Source of the DNA: the human T2T-CHM13v2.0 reference genome, Homo sapiens
Assembly: GCF_009914755.1 (NCBI RefSeq)
Contig: NC_060927.1
Length of the DNA: 64,000 nucleotides
Reading direction: 5' to 3' (one strand)
A model generated the notes under the pieces. It was not told the origin of the DNA and searched no databases. It saw nothing but the letters and a program-made list of their open reading frames with translations. The first letter of the stretch is position 1; each line of letters begins with the position of its first letter. Both the position numbers and the translations under genes were made by a program. This document shows positions 1 to 13,470 of this stretch, piece after piece.

Positions 1-43
1 AGACATCACTTTTTTGTACTGATCATTTATATTTCAATCGTCC

Positions 44-345
44 ACTCAAAAAATATTTATTGAACACCCCTATGTGCCAGGCACTGGGGATATAACAATG
101 AGCGAGACACAGTACCTGACCTCATAGAAGTTAGACTAATAAGAGGAGGTAACCAAGAAATAAAAGTATAGCATAGCAAGAGACAGTAAGTGCTGCACAG
201 ACAAATAAAATATTAACGTGGCAAGAGGTAGAAAGTCAAATGGGGGGTGTTCATTTCATACAGGGTAGTCAAGCAGTCAGTGCACTTCTTCATTAACATG
301 GTATCTGAGCAAAGACCTGAAGGAAATAAGATATTTGAGAGATAT
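44..345 (-). mobile_element. L2 LINE 3' relic
   Basis: Reverse-complement L2 tail 'aaatatttattgaacacccctatgtgccaggcactgggga'. An opposite-strand L2 tail follows at ~430-512. Confidence 0.75.
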
Positions 346-609
346 TTTCAGAGAAGAAGATTTTACTTCCCCACATTTGTCACAAACATTCCTAAGGGTC
401 TATAAGAATGCTCTTTGTCTCTCTTTCTCTGTTTCTCATTGTTATAGCTCCAGTGCCTAGTATTGTGCCTGGCACATAGGAGTGTTTAATAAATGTTTTT
501 TGAGTGGATGATTTAAATATAAATGATCAGTACAAAAATAGTTGTCTTAATTTCCAGATAATTTTATGTTTTAGATTATCATTAAAATGTATGTCTGTCT
601 CTCTCCTTC

Positions 610-885
610 TTTTGAGACAATGTCTTATTCTGTCACCCAGGGTGAAGTGCAGTGGCATGATCATGGCTCACTACAGCCTCAACCTCCTGGGCTCACACCT
701 CAGCCTCCCAAGTGGCTGGGACTACAGGCATGTGCCACCATGCCGAGCTAATTTTTGTATTTTTTTGTAGAGATGGGGTTTCACCATGTTGCCCAAACTA
801 GTCTCAAACTCCTGGGCTCAAGTGACCCGGCCACCTTGTCCTCCCAAAGTGCTGAGATTGCAGACATGAGCCACTGCAACCAGCC
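610..885 (-). mobile_element. AluJ-type SINE with small internal deletion
   Basis: tttgagaca...gtcacccagg...ctcccaaagtgctg...gagccactgc; 'cagcctcaacctcctgggctca' is J-type. Confidence 0.92.
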
Positions 886-904
886 TGTTTTTATTTTTAA
901 AAGG

Positions 905-2062
905 TAATCTGAAAAAATGGAGAAAACATTTGCAAACCATGTATCTGATAAGGGGTTAATATCAAAAATATATATAAGGAACTTCTACAACTCAAAAGCA
1001 AAAAAAAAAAGACAACCTGATTTTAAAATGGGCACATAGACTTTTTTTGAAGAAATGTCTATTTCTTCAAAAGAAAACATACAAATAGCCAACATGTATA
1101 TGAAACAGATGCTCAAAATCACTAGTCATCAAGGCAATGCAATTCAAACTCACAATGAGATATCATTTCACGTCTATTAGGATGGCTGTTATAAAAAAAA
1201 AAAGCTAAAGAGGGTCTGGATGCAGTGGTTCGTGCCTATATCATGCCTATAATCCCAGCACTTTGGAAGGCCAAGGTGGGAGGTTTGCTTGAGCCTAGGA
1301 GTCAAGGCTTCAGTGAGTTGTGATTGTGCCACTGTACTCCAGCCTGGGTGACACAGTAAGACCCTGTCTCAAAAAAAAAAAAAAAAAAAAAGATAACAAG
1401 TCTTGGTAAGGATACGGAGAAATTGGAACCCTTGTACACTGTTGGTGAGAATGCAAAATAGTGTTTCACTAAGAAAAACACAACAGAAGTTTCCAAAACT
1501 AAATTAAATATAGAATCGCCATATGATCCAACAATCCTACTCTGGGTATTTATCCAAAAGAATTGAAATCAGGATCTCAAAGACAAATTCACACTCCTGT
1601 GTTCACTGCAGCATTATTAACAATAGCCAAGGTCTGGAAATGAAACTAAGTGTTCATAAATGGATGAACGGATAAAGAAAATGTGGTATATACACACAAC
1701 AGAATATTATTCAGCCTTAAAAAAAAAAAAGAAAATTCTGCCATATGCCACAACAAAGATGAACTTTGAGGACATTACGCTAAATAAAATAAGCCAGTTA
1801 CAGAAGAACAAACATTACGTGATTCCACTGATATGAGGAATCTAAAATAGTAAAACTCATAGTGGTTGTCAAGGGCTAGGGGGAGGAGGCAACAGGGTGT
1901 TGCTATGCAACTGGTATAGAGTTTCAATTAAGCAAGATGGGTAAATTCTAGAGCTCTGCTGCACAACTTTACACCTATAGCTAACCATATTGTATTGTAC
2001 ACTCAAAAATTTATGAAGGGGGTAGATTTCATGTTAAATGTTCTTATCACAATAAGAAAAAA
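905..2062 (+). mobile_element. Old L1 (L1MA9-L1MB-like) ORF2 end and 3' UTR, interrupted by an Alu
   Basis: 'catttgcaaaccatgtatctgataagggg', 'ttggaacccttgtacactgttggtg', 'gtagatttcatgttaaatgttcttatcacaat' plus A tail. Confidence 0.88.
1213..1391 (+). mobile_element. Monomer-length Alu: left-arm start fused to right-arm end, A21 tail
   Basis: 'cccagcactttggaaggccaagg' runs directly into 'cagtgagttgtgattgtgccactgtactccagcctggg' and poly-A. Confidence 0.85.
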
Positions 2063-2097
2063 AGATTCCAAGGCAATACCTGACAAAAACAAACACA

Positions 2098-2244
2098 AGC
2101 CAGGTGCCGTAGCTCACACCTGGAATCCCAGCTACTCAAGAGGCCCAGGAAAGAGGAACACTCGAGGTCAGGAGTTCAAGACCAGCCTGGGCCACATAGC
2201 GAGACCCCATCTCTATAAAAAACAAACCAACAACAGCAACAAAA
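2098..2244 (+). mobile_element. FLAM (free left Alu monomer)
   Basis: About 120 bp monomer with 'ggagttcaagaccagcctggg' and an A-rich tail. Confidence 0.8.
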
Positions 2245-2849
2245 ATGCTCTACAGGGACAGTCCCTCAATCCAGACCACACAGAATCCCAGAGATCAAAC
2301 AATATTTGAAGAGATCATGACTAAAAAATTTCCAAAACTCACTAAAGATACAGGGAGCAAATGTGTTACAGCAGGGTAAGCAAATGTAAACTCACACTCA
2401 AACATCTACAAGTAAAATTACAGAATACCAAAAAAGCTTATCTGAGCAAACGACAATTCATTAATCAGGAACCTCCAAACCAGGAGTGGTTCAGGAGTTC
2501 CTCCAAGGGAATACAACGGGGAGGCTTTTATAGGATAAACACAGAAGTAGAGCAAAGAAAATATTTGATTGATTACAGATACACAGTATCTGTACTGTGT
2601 TTTGAAGAGATTTCAAAAACAACCATAGAGAAGAAACAGGTTAACTACAAAAGAACAAGGACTAAGATGACAGCCGACTTTTCAAGGAAACAAAAATATT
2701 ATTTCAACAACATAGCTTGAAAGGGCTAAGAAAAAATAACTCTCAACCTAGAACTTTACTCCAAGTTCATCTGCCATTCAAGAATGAGGATAAAATAAAG
2801 ATACATTCAGACAAAAACAGCTTACCACTGACATAATCCACCTGAAATT

Positions 2850-3043
2850 GCAGCATGCTTCTACTAGCTTGTAAGAGCCAAATGTGAGGTTTACAGGAAT
2901 TTTGCTAGTCTGTAGAAAACATGCTGATAAATTGAAATCAGCCATAGTGGGAGTATTAAACCATGGGAATTGGCAAACACTAAAAAACAGGATTTTTTTG
3001 CCCCTGGGGGACCAGTTCCTAAATATTTACCATCACGCCACTG
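2850..3043. mobile_element. MER63-like hAT DNA transposon
   Basis: 'gccatagtgggagtattaaaccatgggaattggcaaacact' and terminal 'atttaccatcacgccactg'. Confidence 0.7.
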
Positions 3044-3215
3044 ACTTCAAAGAACTAGAATGTGTACATCAAGAAAAAAAATAAATCTAGAAGGAAGGAT
3101 TGATATGAAGGAAAGAAAAATGAGAAAATAAATACAGTAAATGTAATTCTAAATAAGTACTTATGCATAAAACAATAATAATGATGACAATTCCTGAGGT
3201 GGGGAGAGTGGGAGC

Positions 3216-3535
3216 ATATCAGTCAGGTAACCTCCTTATACTGTGGCAACAAACAATCCCAAATCTCTATGGCTTAAAACAACAAATGTTTATTTCTCAT
3301 TCATGTTAAATATCCTTCAGGGTTTAGCTAGGGAAGTCTGCCCATTGTAGCCCCTCAATGACTCCGGCCAAGTAGAAGCATCATCTCAAAGTCTTCTTCA
3401 ACAATTGCCACAGGTCGCATGGTGAACCATACGCTGTCTTGCTAAGCTTTTTCACACTTCACTGGCCAAAGAAAGTCAGATGGCCACATCTCATTTCAAA
3501 GACACAAAAGCGTAATCCCACCATGTCCCCAGGAG
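3216..3535 (-). mobile_element. MLT1 (J/K-like) MaLR LTR fragment
   Basis: 'tatcagtcagg...aacaaacaatcccaaatctctatggcttaaaacaacaaatgtttatttctc'. Confidence 0.65.
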
Positions 3536-3823
3536 AGTATAAAAATAAAAACATGTAAGACAGGAGGCAGGTGGTTGGTGTTAAGCATGTTCCAAGTTCC
3601 TCATATTTTCGTGTGAAAAGAGAAGACAAATAGGGTAACTTTAAACTTTAAGTATGCAAATTTAAAGGATAATATTAAAATTTTAAGGATAACAGCTGAA
3701 AGAATAGAGAATAGAATTATAACTTCCATATCTGTAGGGAAAAAGAATACAGAAAATGCAATTTAAAAAGAGGAGATAGACATGGAAAAGGCAAGGTAAA
3801 TAAGTAACAAAATAAAATGGTAG

Positions 3824-4249
3824 TGTTAAAGAGAAAACTGAGGCACTGTAAAAGTTTAAAGAGCTTATCTGAGCAAATGACAATTCAGGAATCTGGCACC
3901 TCTAAACCAGAAGTAGTTCAGGAGCTCCTCCAAGGGAACACAAGGGGGAGGCTTTTATAGGATAAACACTGAAGTAGAGCAAAGAAAATATTTGATTGGT
4001 TACAGATACACAGTTGCCTTATTTGGTCTATCCTGTTGGACTGTCTCTGATTATATAAGTTTGTTGGCTGCTTCTGATCAGTTGAGCCTACGTTCTGTTT
4101 TTCTTTAATATAGGCATTTACAAGAAATAACTCAAGTTAAGTTTTTCCTGTTTGTAAATCAAGCAAGTTTAGATCACCCATAAGGCCTAACTGGTTTTGT
4201 TTGCTAAGGGATACTTCAGGCCTGGTCCCCATTTTAATTTACTTTAACA
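3824..4249 (-). mobile_element. ERV1 solo LTR (MER57/MER93-like)
   Basis: TGTTAAAG...CTTTAACA termini; 4-bp TSD gtag/atag; TATA-like element on the minus strand. Confidence 0.8.
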
Positions 4250-4424
4250 ATAGAAATAAATGCAAATATAACAACAGTTACAACAGATGTAAATGCAATA
4301 AACTCACCACCTAACAAGAGATAAATCATGTATTTGCATTTTTTAAATGCTGCTATAATCTGTTAACAAGAAATATACCAAAAACTTAAGAACACAGCAA
4401 AGCTGAAAGCAAAAGGACTAATTC

Positions 4425-4650
4425 AGAGCGCAGGCCTGGAATCACACAAGCATGGAAATCATATAATTCTAGGTACATCCTCAGGTAAATCACCTAACCA
4501 CAGAGCGTGGCAGTTTCCTCATTTGTAAAATGAGCTAACAACTACACTTCACAATGTTAGTAGGATTAGATGAGCTATGTATAAACTGTTTCAGACAGAG
4601 CCTGGTTCATAGCAGTTGTTTATCAAATAATAGCTATCCTATTGTCATTA
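4425..4650 (+). mobile_element. MIR SINE
   Basis: Core 'cagtttcctcatttgtaaaatgag...gattagatgag'. Confidence 0.75.
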
Positions 4651-4699
4651 ACCCTACCTGCAAATCCACAAACAGTGGGCTTTTTGTTTGCAAAGAAGA

Positions 4700-6060
4700 G
4701 TGTTTGCAAAGAAGGCTGCAAATTTCCTCCCATCCTATCCAGATAACCTTTTGCAATATGATTTTGCCACCACTTGCATCAAGAGTTTTAGTCTGTTTCT
4801 CCACCCCTTGAATTGGGATGGCCCTGGAATGGCTTTAATTAATAGAACTCAGAGGTGAGGTTTATGAGTTCCAAGTCTACGCCTCAAGAGACCACGCCAC
4901 TGCCACTTTTGTACTCTTGAGACTTCTACTTCCAGCCAAGATGGAGTTGGAGAGATAGACTAACCTTCTTGCCTGAAATGACTAAAAAACTGGACAACAT
5001 GTATGAAATAATGGTTTCAAGAACAGTGATTCCTGAGATGTAGAACGAGGTGAGCATTATAACTGTCCCAGCCTACTGCCTGGAGACAGTGTCCAGGCTG
5101 CAGCACAAGGAGGGGAAGCCCAGGCGAAGACCAGTGGTCTCCCTCATTTAAGAAGACCAAATTGGGAATCTGGAAAGATGATGTCAGGTAGAGTTCACAG
5201 GAAGGAAGGGTGCAGAGAGTCTCTGCTATGATTTGGATGTGGTTTGTCCCCATCAAAACTCATGGTGAAATTTGATTCCCAACGTGACAGTGTTGGGACA
5301 TGGGGCCTAGTGGGAAGTGTTTGGGTTGGTGGGGGCAGATCCCTCATTAATAGATTAATGCCATCTCACAGGAGTGAGTTCCCACTCTCGCAGGACTATA
5401 TTAGTTACCTTGAGAGTAGGTTGTTCCTTCTTGTGTTTGGTCTGTCTGTACACACTGTGCTTCCCCTTCTGTTTTCTGCTGTGAGTTGAAGCAGCATGAG
5501 ACTCTCACCAGGTAGGCTGACCAATCTTGGAATTTCCAGCCACCAGAATCATGGGTCAAATAAACTTCTTTATAAATTTCCCAGCCTCAGGTATTCTGTT
5601 ACACAAACACTAAAAGGAGTAAGAAAGTCCCCCTAGAATATTCAGCTATTGGTCATCACATGTGTGTGATGAAAATGCCTGAGGCCAAAGGAAAAACCAC
5701 CCAAAACGATAGAGGAAATAATGCTTGGAGCTCACACTTTGCTCTCTTGGAACACAGTATCATGATATGAAGAAATTCAAGCTACCGTCTTTGACAATGA
5801 GATATCATGAGGGAAGAGGCCCAGACAAATGCCAGCAACAACCACCAGACATGTGACAGAGGCCGTCTTAAACCTACTAGGCCCTGTCAAATCACCAGAT
5901 AACTGCAGCCTCATGAAGGACCTTAGAAGATATGAGCAAAACTGCCTAACTGAGCCCAGCCAAAGCCAGCCCTAAGAATCATGAAAACAAATAAAACAGG
6001 TGTTGTTTTAAGTCACCAAGTTTGGGGCTGATTATTACACTGCAATAGATAACTGATAAA
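4700..6060 (+). mobile_element. MLT1 LTR interrupted by an L1M 5' fragment (~4922-5735), itself interrupted by an MST LTR
   Basis: MLT1 head 'tctccaccccttgaattggg' and tail 'tgttgttttaagtcaccaagtttgggg...caatagataactgata'; L1 5' start 'acttccagccaagatggag'. Confidence 0.65.
5224..5626 (+). mobile_element. MST (MSTB/MSTC-like) MaLR solo LTR
   Basis: 'tgctatgatttggatgtggtttgtccccatcaaaactcatg...cccagcctcaggtattctgttac'; 5-bp TSD gtctc/gtccc. Confidence 0.85.
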
Positions 6061-6752
6061 CAAGATGTCAAAAACAATGTTATATACACACAGCAATAAA
6101 CATCCAGTAAATGGCCCATCTCTACCACCCATCAGCTTAAACGAATATCTAAGGGCAGCCAGCCTCAACTGCAGCAAGAGTCACAGCCTTCCTCATTCGC
6201 AGGAGGTTAAAACCACTGTGGAAAAAACATGTTTTCCATCATAGAATCCTGAAATACCAGGGTTCACATGTCACCTCCACTGTGAAGCACTCGCAAGATT
6301 CTGCTGACAGAAATAACCATTTCTTAATCTGTCATGAGATTAGAGTAGAAAAAAAAAGAAACCACTTCTTCCTCTTATTTCCATGGAAGATTGAGGACAG
6401 CCCTGTTCTGGCACCTACAACCGTGTGTTCTGTGGTCTTCTTATCCTCAGCAGCAGCACATCACAGGCACAGCTAAGCAGTTCACCCTTATTGGTAGTGA
6501 GTCACACAGCACAGTTCCTATCCCTAAACAATAACTACACTGGAAGTAGCATGCTGGGCTATTTTAATCCTGAAGAAAGAGGTCAGAAAACTGAAACAAG
6601 ATTAAAGGATGACTAAGGAAGCAGCTCTGTGTTAGTTGTGACAGAGGGAGCTGGCTTTAAATTTATCAGGATCCCTCCCTTCCCATGACTCACCCAGCCT
6701 TGGTGGGGAGAAATACCAAGTGCAGTCTCAGGGCCCAACAGGCCACAATATA

Positions 6753-6982
6753 CAGATGCTCCTTGACTTAGCACAAGGTTATGTCCTGATAAACCCATCG
6801 TAAGTTGAAAATATTAAGTAAAAAATGCATCTAATACACAATCTACTGAACATCATAGCTTAGCATAGCCTATCTCAAACGTGCTCAGAACACTGACATT
6901 AGCCTACAGTCGGGCAATGCATACTTGCACCATCATAAAGTCAAAAATCAAAGCCAAACCATCATGAGTTATGGACCCACTG
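6753..6982. mobile_element. MER47/Tigger5-like TcMar MITE
   Basis: 'cagatgctccttgactta...ataaacccatcgtaagttgaaaat', flanked by TA on both sides. Confidence 0.75.
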
Positions 6983-7155
6983 TAGGTAAGGGTCTAACGG
7001 GCCTTCATGCATCTTCAAGGTCAGGCTGCTTCAAAACGGGCATCTGTCTGCTGCCTTTGGTCACAATGGAAACTGACAAACCATGAGTTCATGCTGAGCT
7101 GAAAGGCCCAGATGAGCCACAGAAACAAGATGTAACTGAACCTGCAGGAAGGGTA

Positions 7156-7998
<843 letters not shown>

Positions 7999-8084
7999 CT
8001 ACATCAGTGGTTCATGAAAATTATGAAGTTGTAACCTCTATAAAGACAGATGCTGTATGGATCTTGTCATTATGAACTATATGT

Positions 8085-8320
8085 AAAAATAACTGACATT
8101 TGTAAAGTACTTACCCTGCACTGAGCCCTATGCTAGGATCTTTTATGCATTTTTCCAAGTTTTCTTCCCAACCACTTTATGAAGTGGGTATGATTACCAT
8201 CCCCTTTCTACAGATGAGAAAACTGAGGCTCAAAGAGAAAAGTCACTTGCTCAAGGTCACAGCAAAGATTTCAGTCTGGCTCCGGAACCCAAGCTTTTAA
8301 CCCCAATGCTATACTTCCAG
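8085..8320 (-). mobile_element. MIR SINE
   Basis: 'tacagatgagaaaactgaggctca...cttgctcaaggtcacagc'. Confidence 0.8.
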
Positions 8321-9523
8321 GTAGGAAACAGAATGAATGAATGACTGGATAATGAACTAGAGATGCCCATCAGACACACTCTGGTTGCATGCTCTTCTTG
8401 CAGACTCTGTACAACCACCGCCAAGCTCCATGTCACGTGGCCCTACTCCTCACTCTCCTTCTTCTAGCGGCTAAATGATCAAGGGATGGGACTCTCACCC
8501 CTGGCCTGGCTGGGCCATCAGATGCCTCACTTAGAAAATTAGAATTGGAAACTGAGAGGCTGAGCCAGGCAATGGAGGAGGCAAAATTGCAAAGAACTGC
8601 TCAGGAAGAGCTGGGGCCTTGCAAGCCAAAGCCTGAGGAAAGTCCAAGTTCTGAGGAAGCACAGTGGACACACAGGAAGAGTGCGGAAAGCAGATAGTGA
8701 AGACAGGAGCACAGAGTAGGGAAGTCATAGAAATGCCCTAAAGGAGCAGTGAACTTGGATCCTGATAGTGCTCCACTTTCTGCTCCAGCAAACCCCAGCT
8801 TTTTTTTCTCAAGATAGTTTGAACAGTCTCAACCCACCCACCCAAACATATTGCAATAAATTGGTCAGACTAGAACAAATAAAAAATAAGAGAAATGGTG
8901 TTCATGTCCAACAGAACCCTCTCTAAAGCTGTTCTCCAGAACCACCTTGAATTACTTATTAATCCTGTACATGCAGGTGTGAGAGTTGGGATAGTTCCAG
9001 ATTCCAGATTTTTCTTTCTCTACCACTGCTGACCTTATCAAGGTCACCAACTTCTGCTGCCTTTGGCCATTTCTGGCCAGAAGAAAAGCTCCTGCTGTCC
9101 CACATGACCCAATATTTCAGAATGAGGTTCCCTCAGCAGAGTTGGTGGGCTGCTAGTGACCACAGCCCTCTCATTCCCAGGGAGCAGCAGGCTAGAGGCT
9201 GTGCCAGGCCATGGTTAGGCACCTGCTCCATCATTCCTCTGCTCTCTGTGAACTCTCCTCACTTGTGATGATTTCTCTTCTCAAGGGTCCCATGCCCTCT
9301 TTCTCTGAAACTGGATTTCTCTGGGGATCCCTGGCCCATCAAACTAGGGCTACGTATGTCTGGATTCCACTTATATTAAGAGCTCAAGTACTTTCCCACA
9401 GATGTTCCATGATGCCTGCCTGGGAGGCCAAGAAGCCTACAAAGAGGATGCTGCTGTCCCAGCTCCACCTGCTGACCAGTTACAACATGGTCCCAGCCAA
9501 AATATCCCCTTTGAAGACCAATG

Positions 9524-9897
9524 TGTATTAGTCCATTTTCAGACTGCTGTAAAGAACTGCCCAAGACTGGGTAATTTATAAAGGAAAGAGGTTTGATTGA
9601 CTCACAGTTTAGCATGGCAGGAGAAGCCTCAGGAAACTTACAATCATGGCAGAGGGCAAAGAGAAAGCCAGGTACCTTCTTCACAAGGCAGCAGGAAGGA
9701 GAATTAATGCAGAAGGAACTACCAAACACTTACAAAAGCATCATATCTCGTGAGAACTCACTCAGCATCATGAGAACAGCACGGGGGAAACTGCTCCCAT
9801 GATTCAATTACCTCCATCTGGTCTCTCCCTTGATACGTGGGGATTACAATTCAAGATTAGACACAAAGTGGTATGGACACAAAGCCTAACCATATCA
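9524..9897 (-). mobile_element. THE1 (C/D-like) solo LTR
   Basis: 'tgtattagtccattttc...gactgggtaatttataaaggaaagaggttt...ctaaccatatca'; 5-bp TSD caatg/cactg. Confidence 0.9.
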
Positions 9898-9934
9898 CAC
9901 TGAAAGATAATGAACCCATATTTAAATATCACTA

Positions 9935-10100
<166 letters not shown>

Positions 10101-11014
10101 AATATCACACCATAAGCACCCATTCATGCTGCCATCCACACAACAGAGACCTCCCTTCTGAATCGAGGGAATCAGAGAAACCCTAACCAGCAGGACCCTA
10201 ACACAATCCTTCCAGTTTATATGATGAAACTGAGTCATCCCAAGGCAAGGAGGAACCTCAGGTCCAAGAGAGCCAAACATTAGTAAGGAAGATTCCTTTA
10301 TAGGATTCACACTTCACAAACTACATGTGGTTGAGTTCAGAAAACACCAAATGAAGGCTGGTTTGAACTGTGTGATGCAGGAAGCTGTGACCATACAAAG
10401 TGAATAAGGTCTAGCCTTCATCTTCAAGGCATTTGTAACTCAGTGGAGGAGAGTTAGACCCACCTATTTAAATGACAAGAAAGGCATGTGCAGATGCTAT
10501 ACCTGGGGCAGAAATAAAGTGCTATAGTAACCTAAGTCAGGGGTGAAGAAGAGTAAGTATGACCAGGGAGGGCTCCATGCAGAAGACCGAAATTTGGTTA
10601 ATCCTCAAAGTTCCTACTTATGCTTCCAGTCTCAGCTGGAATGTCCCCTCCCCAAGAAGGCTTCCAAGACCTCATAGGCTGGGTTTGTACCCTGGATGTA
10701 CAACTCCACAGCACCCTGAACTTTCTTCCACTTTCAAACCTGACTCATCACCTTCCACAATTTTCTCACTAGATGCAAAATCTACAAAATTGGGAATCTC
10801 ATCCTCAGTAGTGCTTTGTACACTACAGCTGTTCAGTAAAGAAATGTGTATATATGTGTGAGTACTAAACAAAACTGAGCTGAAAATGCATGTGATATCT
10901 TACACCCATACTAGAGGAAGATAAGGTACAAACGGGTATTTTTAAAATAGTCTGTGCAAAGGTACAAAAGTGAAAAAGAAATAGAAGAGAGAAGTGGTGA
11001 AAGGGGAAGGTAGC

Positions 11015-11230
11015 ATAATAATACCCTCAAGTAACCTTTACCAAGCCCCATACATGAATTCTCCCATTTAATCCTAACTACTTTGAGAGGGAGATATTAT
11101 TATATAATTATTGTTCTACAGACAAGGAAACTGGGATAGAGAGAGGTCAAGAAACACCCAAGGTCACACACAAGAATAAGAGCCAGATTGGACCTCAGCA
11201 AGTCCAATCTCAGAAGCTGCACACTTCATC
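11015..11230 (-). mobile_element. MIR SINE
   Basis: 'catttaatcct...tacagacaaggaaactggg...cccaaggtcacac'. Confidence 0.7.
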
Positions 11231-11754
11231 AACACCTGACATTGAATTGAAAAACGGCAAGAGACTTTGAGAGAAGAGAGAGAAAAAAGCCTAAATTTGG
11301 TGTTTGGAAAAGTACAGGAGCATCTGCTCTGAGAGCTAGCTTCTTGAAGGATGCAGCCACAGTCACTGGCATTCTGAAAGTAACTCAAGTAAAAGTAGTA
11401 GAACAGTAGAGCAAGGGACAAGTCCATGGATAGTGAAGCTTAGATATTTCTCTATTTATTTCCACTATAGTCCACCTCCACCCTTGGTCACCTTCTTTAT
11501 TTTCCAATAAAAGGATACTTATAGATGCTGAAATAATTAAAAGCAAAATCTTTTGCAAATTACAACATGGGATGTATACTTCAGATGTTTAAAAGATTTT
11601 GTTATAAATGGCCTAAATTATAAATTTGTTTTGGAGGAGGGTTAAGAAATGCCTTTATTGTTAACTCCCTTCTTCTGTCCAATCTATAGGCTGTTGAGAA
11701 CAGTGCACGAAAAGTACTATTTTGTTTCTCAATTTTTAAAGAAATAACATTATA

Positions 11755-12125
11755 AAAACTCCAGGGGAGCCTGGAGAGCCTTCATAATATCATGAGTTCT
11801 ACCTCCAGGAGCCCTATCAGGTTCTCACAGTGAGGTTCAGAGAAAGCTCTCCTGGTTCCTCCTGCAGGGAATTGTGAGAAAGTCACCATTTTGAAATATG
11901 CCCAGAGTATTCTGTTCATAAAAAGGTCTGCCCTCAAAGGAAACTACTTCACCAGAGCCTACCTGCCTGGAGGAAGGGAAACATCCAACTCCAGCCCCTT
12001 CTAGCTTTCCTGTCTCTCCTAAAAAGAAAAACAAAACAAAACAAGACTGAGAAGCACTTGTGAAGGTCACAGCCCAGGGGCACAGGCTTACTACAGATGG
12101 AGACCTAATCACAGGAACAACTTTA
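11755..12125 (+). mobile_element. Old L1M 5'-region fragment
   Basis: 'aagactgagaagcacttgtgaaggtcacagcccagggg...gagacctaatcacagga' matches my recall of L1M4/L1MC 5' sequence. Confidence 0.5.
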
Positions 12126-12178
12126 GACACATTTTGATTAAGTACTAATTATAGTCCTCTGTAGTTTTCCAAGTATTC

Positions 12179-12443
12179 TCATATATATGTATTTCCACTA
12201 TATATATATATATATTTCCACTATATGTATTTCCACCATATATATATTTCCACTATATGTATTTCCACCATATATATATTTCCACTATATATATTTCCAC
12301 TATATATATTTCAAATATTCATGTGTTTCCAATATACATATATATTTCAAATATACATATATATTTCCAATACACATATATATATTTCAAATATACATAT
12401 ATATTTCCAATAAACATATATATATTTCCAATATATATTTCCA
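12179..12443. repeat. AT-rich minisatellite with units ~ATATATATTTCCAC and ATATATATTTC(C/A)AATATAC
   Basis: Directly visible tandem units of about 14-23 bp. Confidence 0.9.
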
Positions 12444-12454
12444 CAGCTACCTTA

Positions 12455-12757
<303 letters not shown>

Positions 12758-13006
12758 TAATATTTTCTCATTTCATGCCAACGTGTGGGAAAAGCAGAGA
12801 AGACAGTGGCCTATTTTGCAGATAAGTAACTAAAGATCTAGGAGGATGCTAAACATTGGTGGAGCTAGTTTTTAAACACACCAATTCAAACTCAGTCCAG
12901 AGCAATTTTCACTAACCCACATCTTGTCCTATATTACCTATAGATTAGAAAGAGTTTGCTAAAATAAATTTACTGGATTTCAACTTAATTACAGTCCCCA
13001 ACTTAC

Positions 13007-13218
13007 ACAGGCTAGGGATACCAAATTTGAAAATCCAAAATCCAAAATGCTCCAAAATCCAACACTTTTTGAGTGCTGACATGACTCGCAACAAAAATGC
13101 ACAATGGAGCATTTTGGATTTCGAATTTGGGATAATGCAAATATTCCAAAATCCAAAAAAAATTAAAATCTGAAACACTTCTGGTCCCAGGCATCTTGGA
13201 TAAGGGATACTCCACCTT
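13007..13218. mobile_element. Tigger4a/MER46 (Zombi) MITE
   Basis: 'aaaatccaaaatgctccaaaatcc...acacttctggtcccaggcatcttggataagggatactc'. Confidence 0.85.
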
Positions 13219-13470
13219 TAATACAAATAACATTTATTGAGCCCTTACTTTAGGCAGGCACTCTGACAAACCCTTCCTGTGCATGACCTCCTTTTATGCT
13301 CATTGCAGGACTTATGAGGGAGGTACTGTTCGGTCCGTTTTCCAGCAAGAGATTCAGGATCACAGAGGCAAAATAACTTGCCCAATGTCTCAACATCCAG
13401 CAATTGTGATTCCAAAGGTGAGCCCTAATTAACCACTTGATATTTGTGCTTCATTCTATTCATGGCAAGC

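Larger units (their letters stand above)
2290..4420 (+). mobile_element. Fragmented ancient L1M ORF1/ORF2-start relic hosting nested insertions
   Basis: 'gtaaaattacagaataccaaa...aactacaaaagaacaagg...tgacagccgactt', 'ctcaacctagaactttactcc', 'aaaatggtag/aaataaatgcaaatata'. Confidence 0.6.

Noticed and set aside
7082-7141. Possible 60-nt minus-strand exon (cttcctgcag| ... ATG|gtttgt)
   Set aside because: Weak donor and unrecognised peptide; pseudo-exons of this quality are common.
11300-11420. Minus-strand acceptor ttactttcag near 11374
   Set aside because: No convincing downstream donor and no recognisable peptide.
12179-12443. CRISPR-like appearance of the tandem array
   Set aside because: No unique spacers, low-complexity units, and primate DNA.
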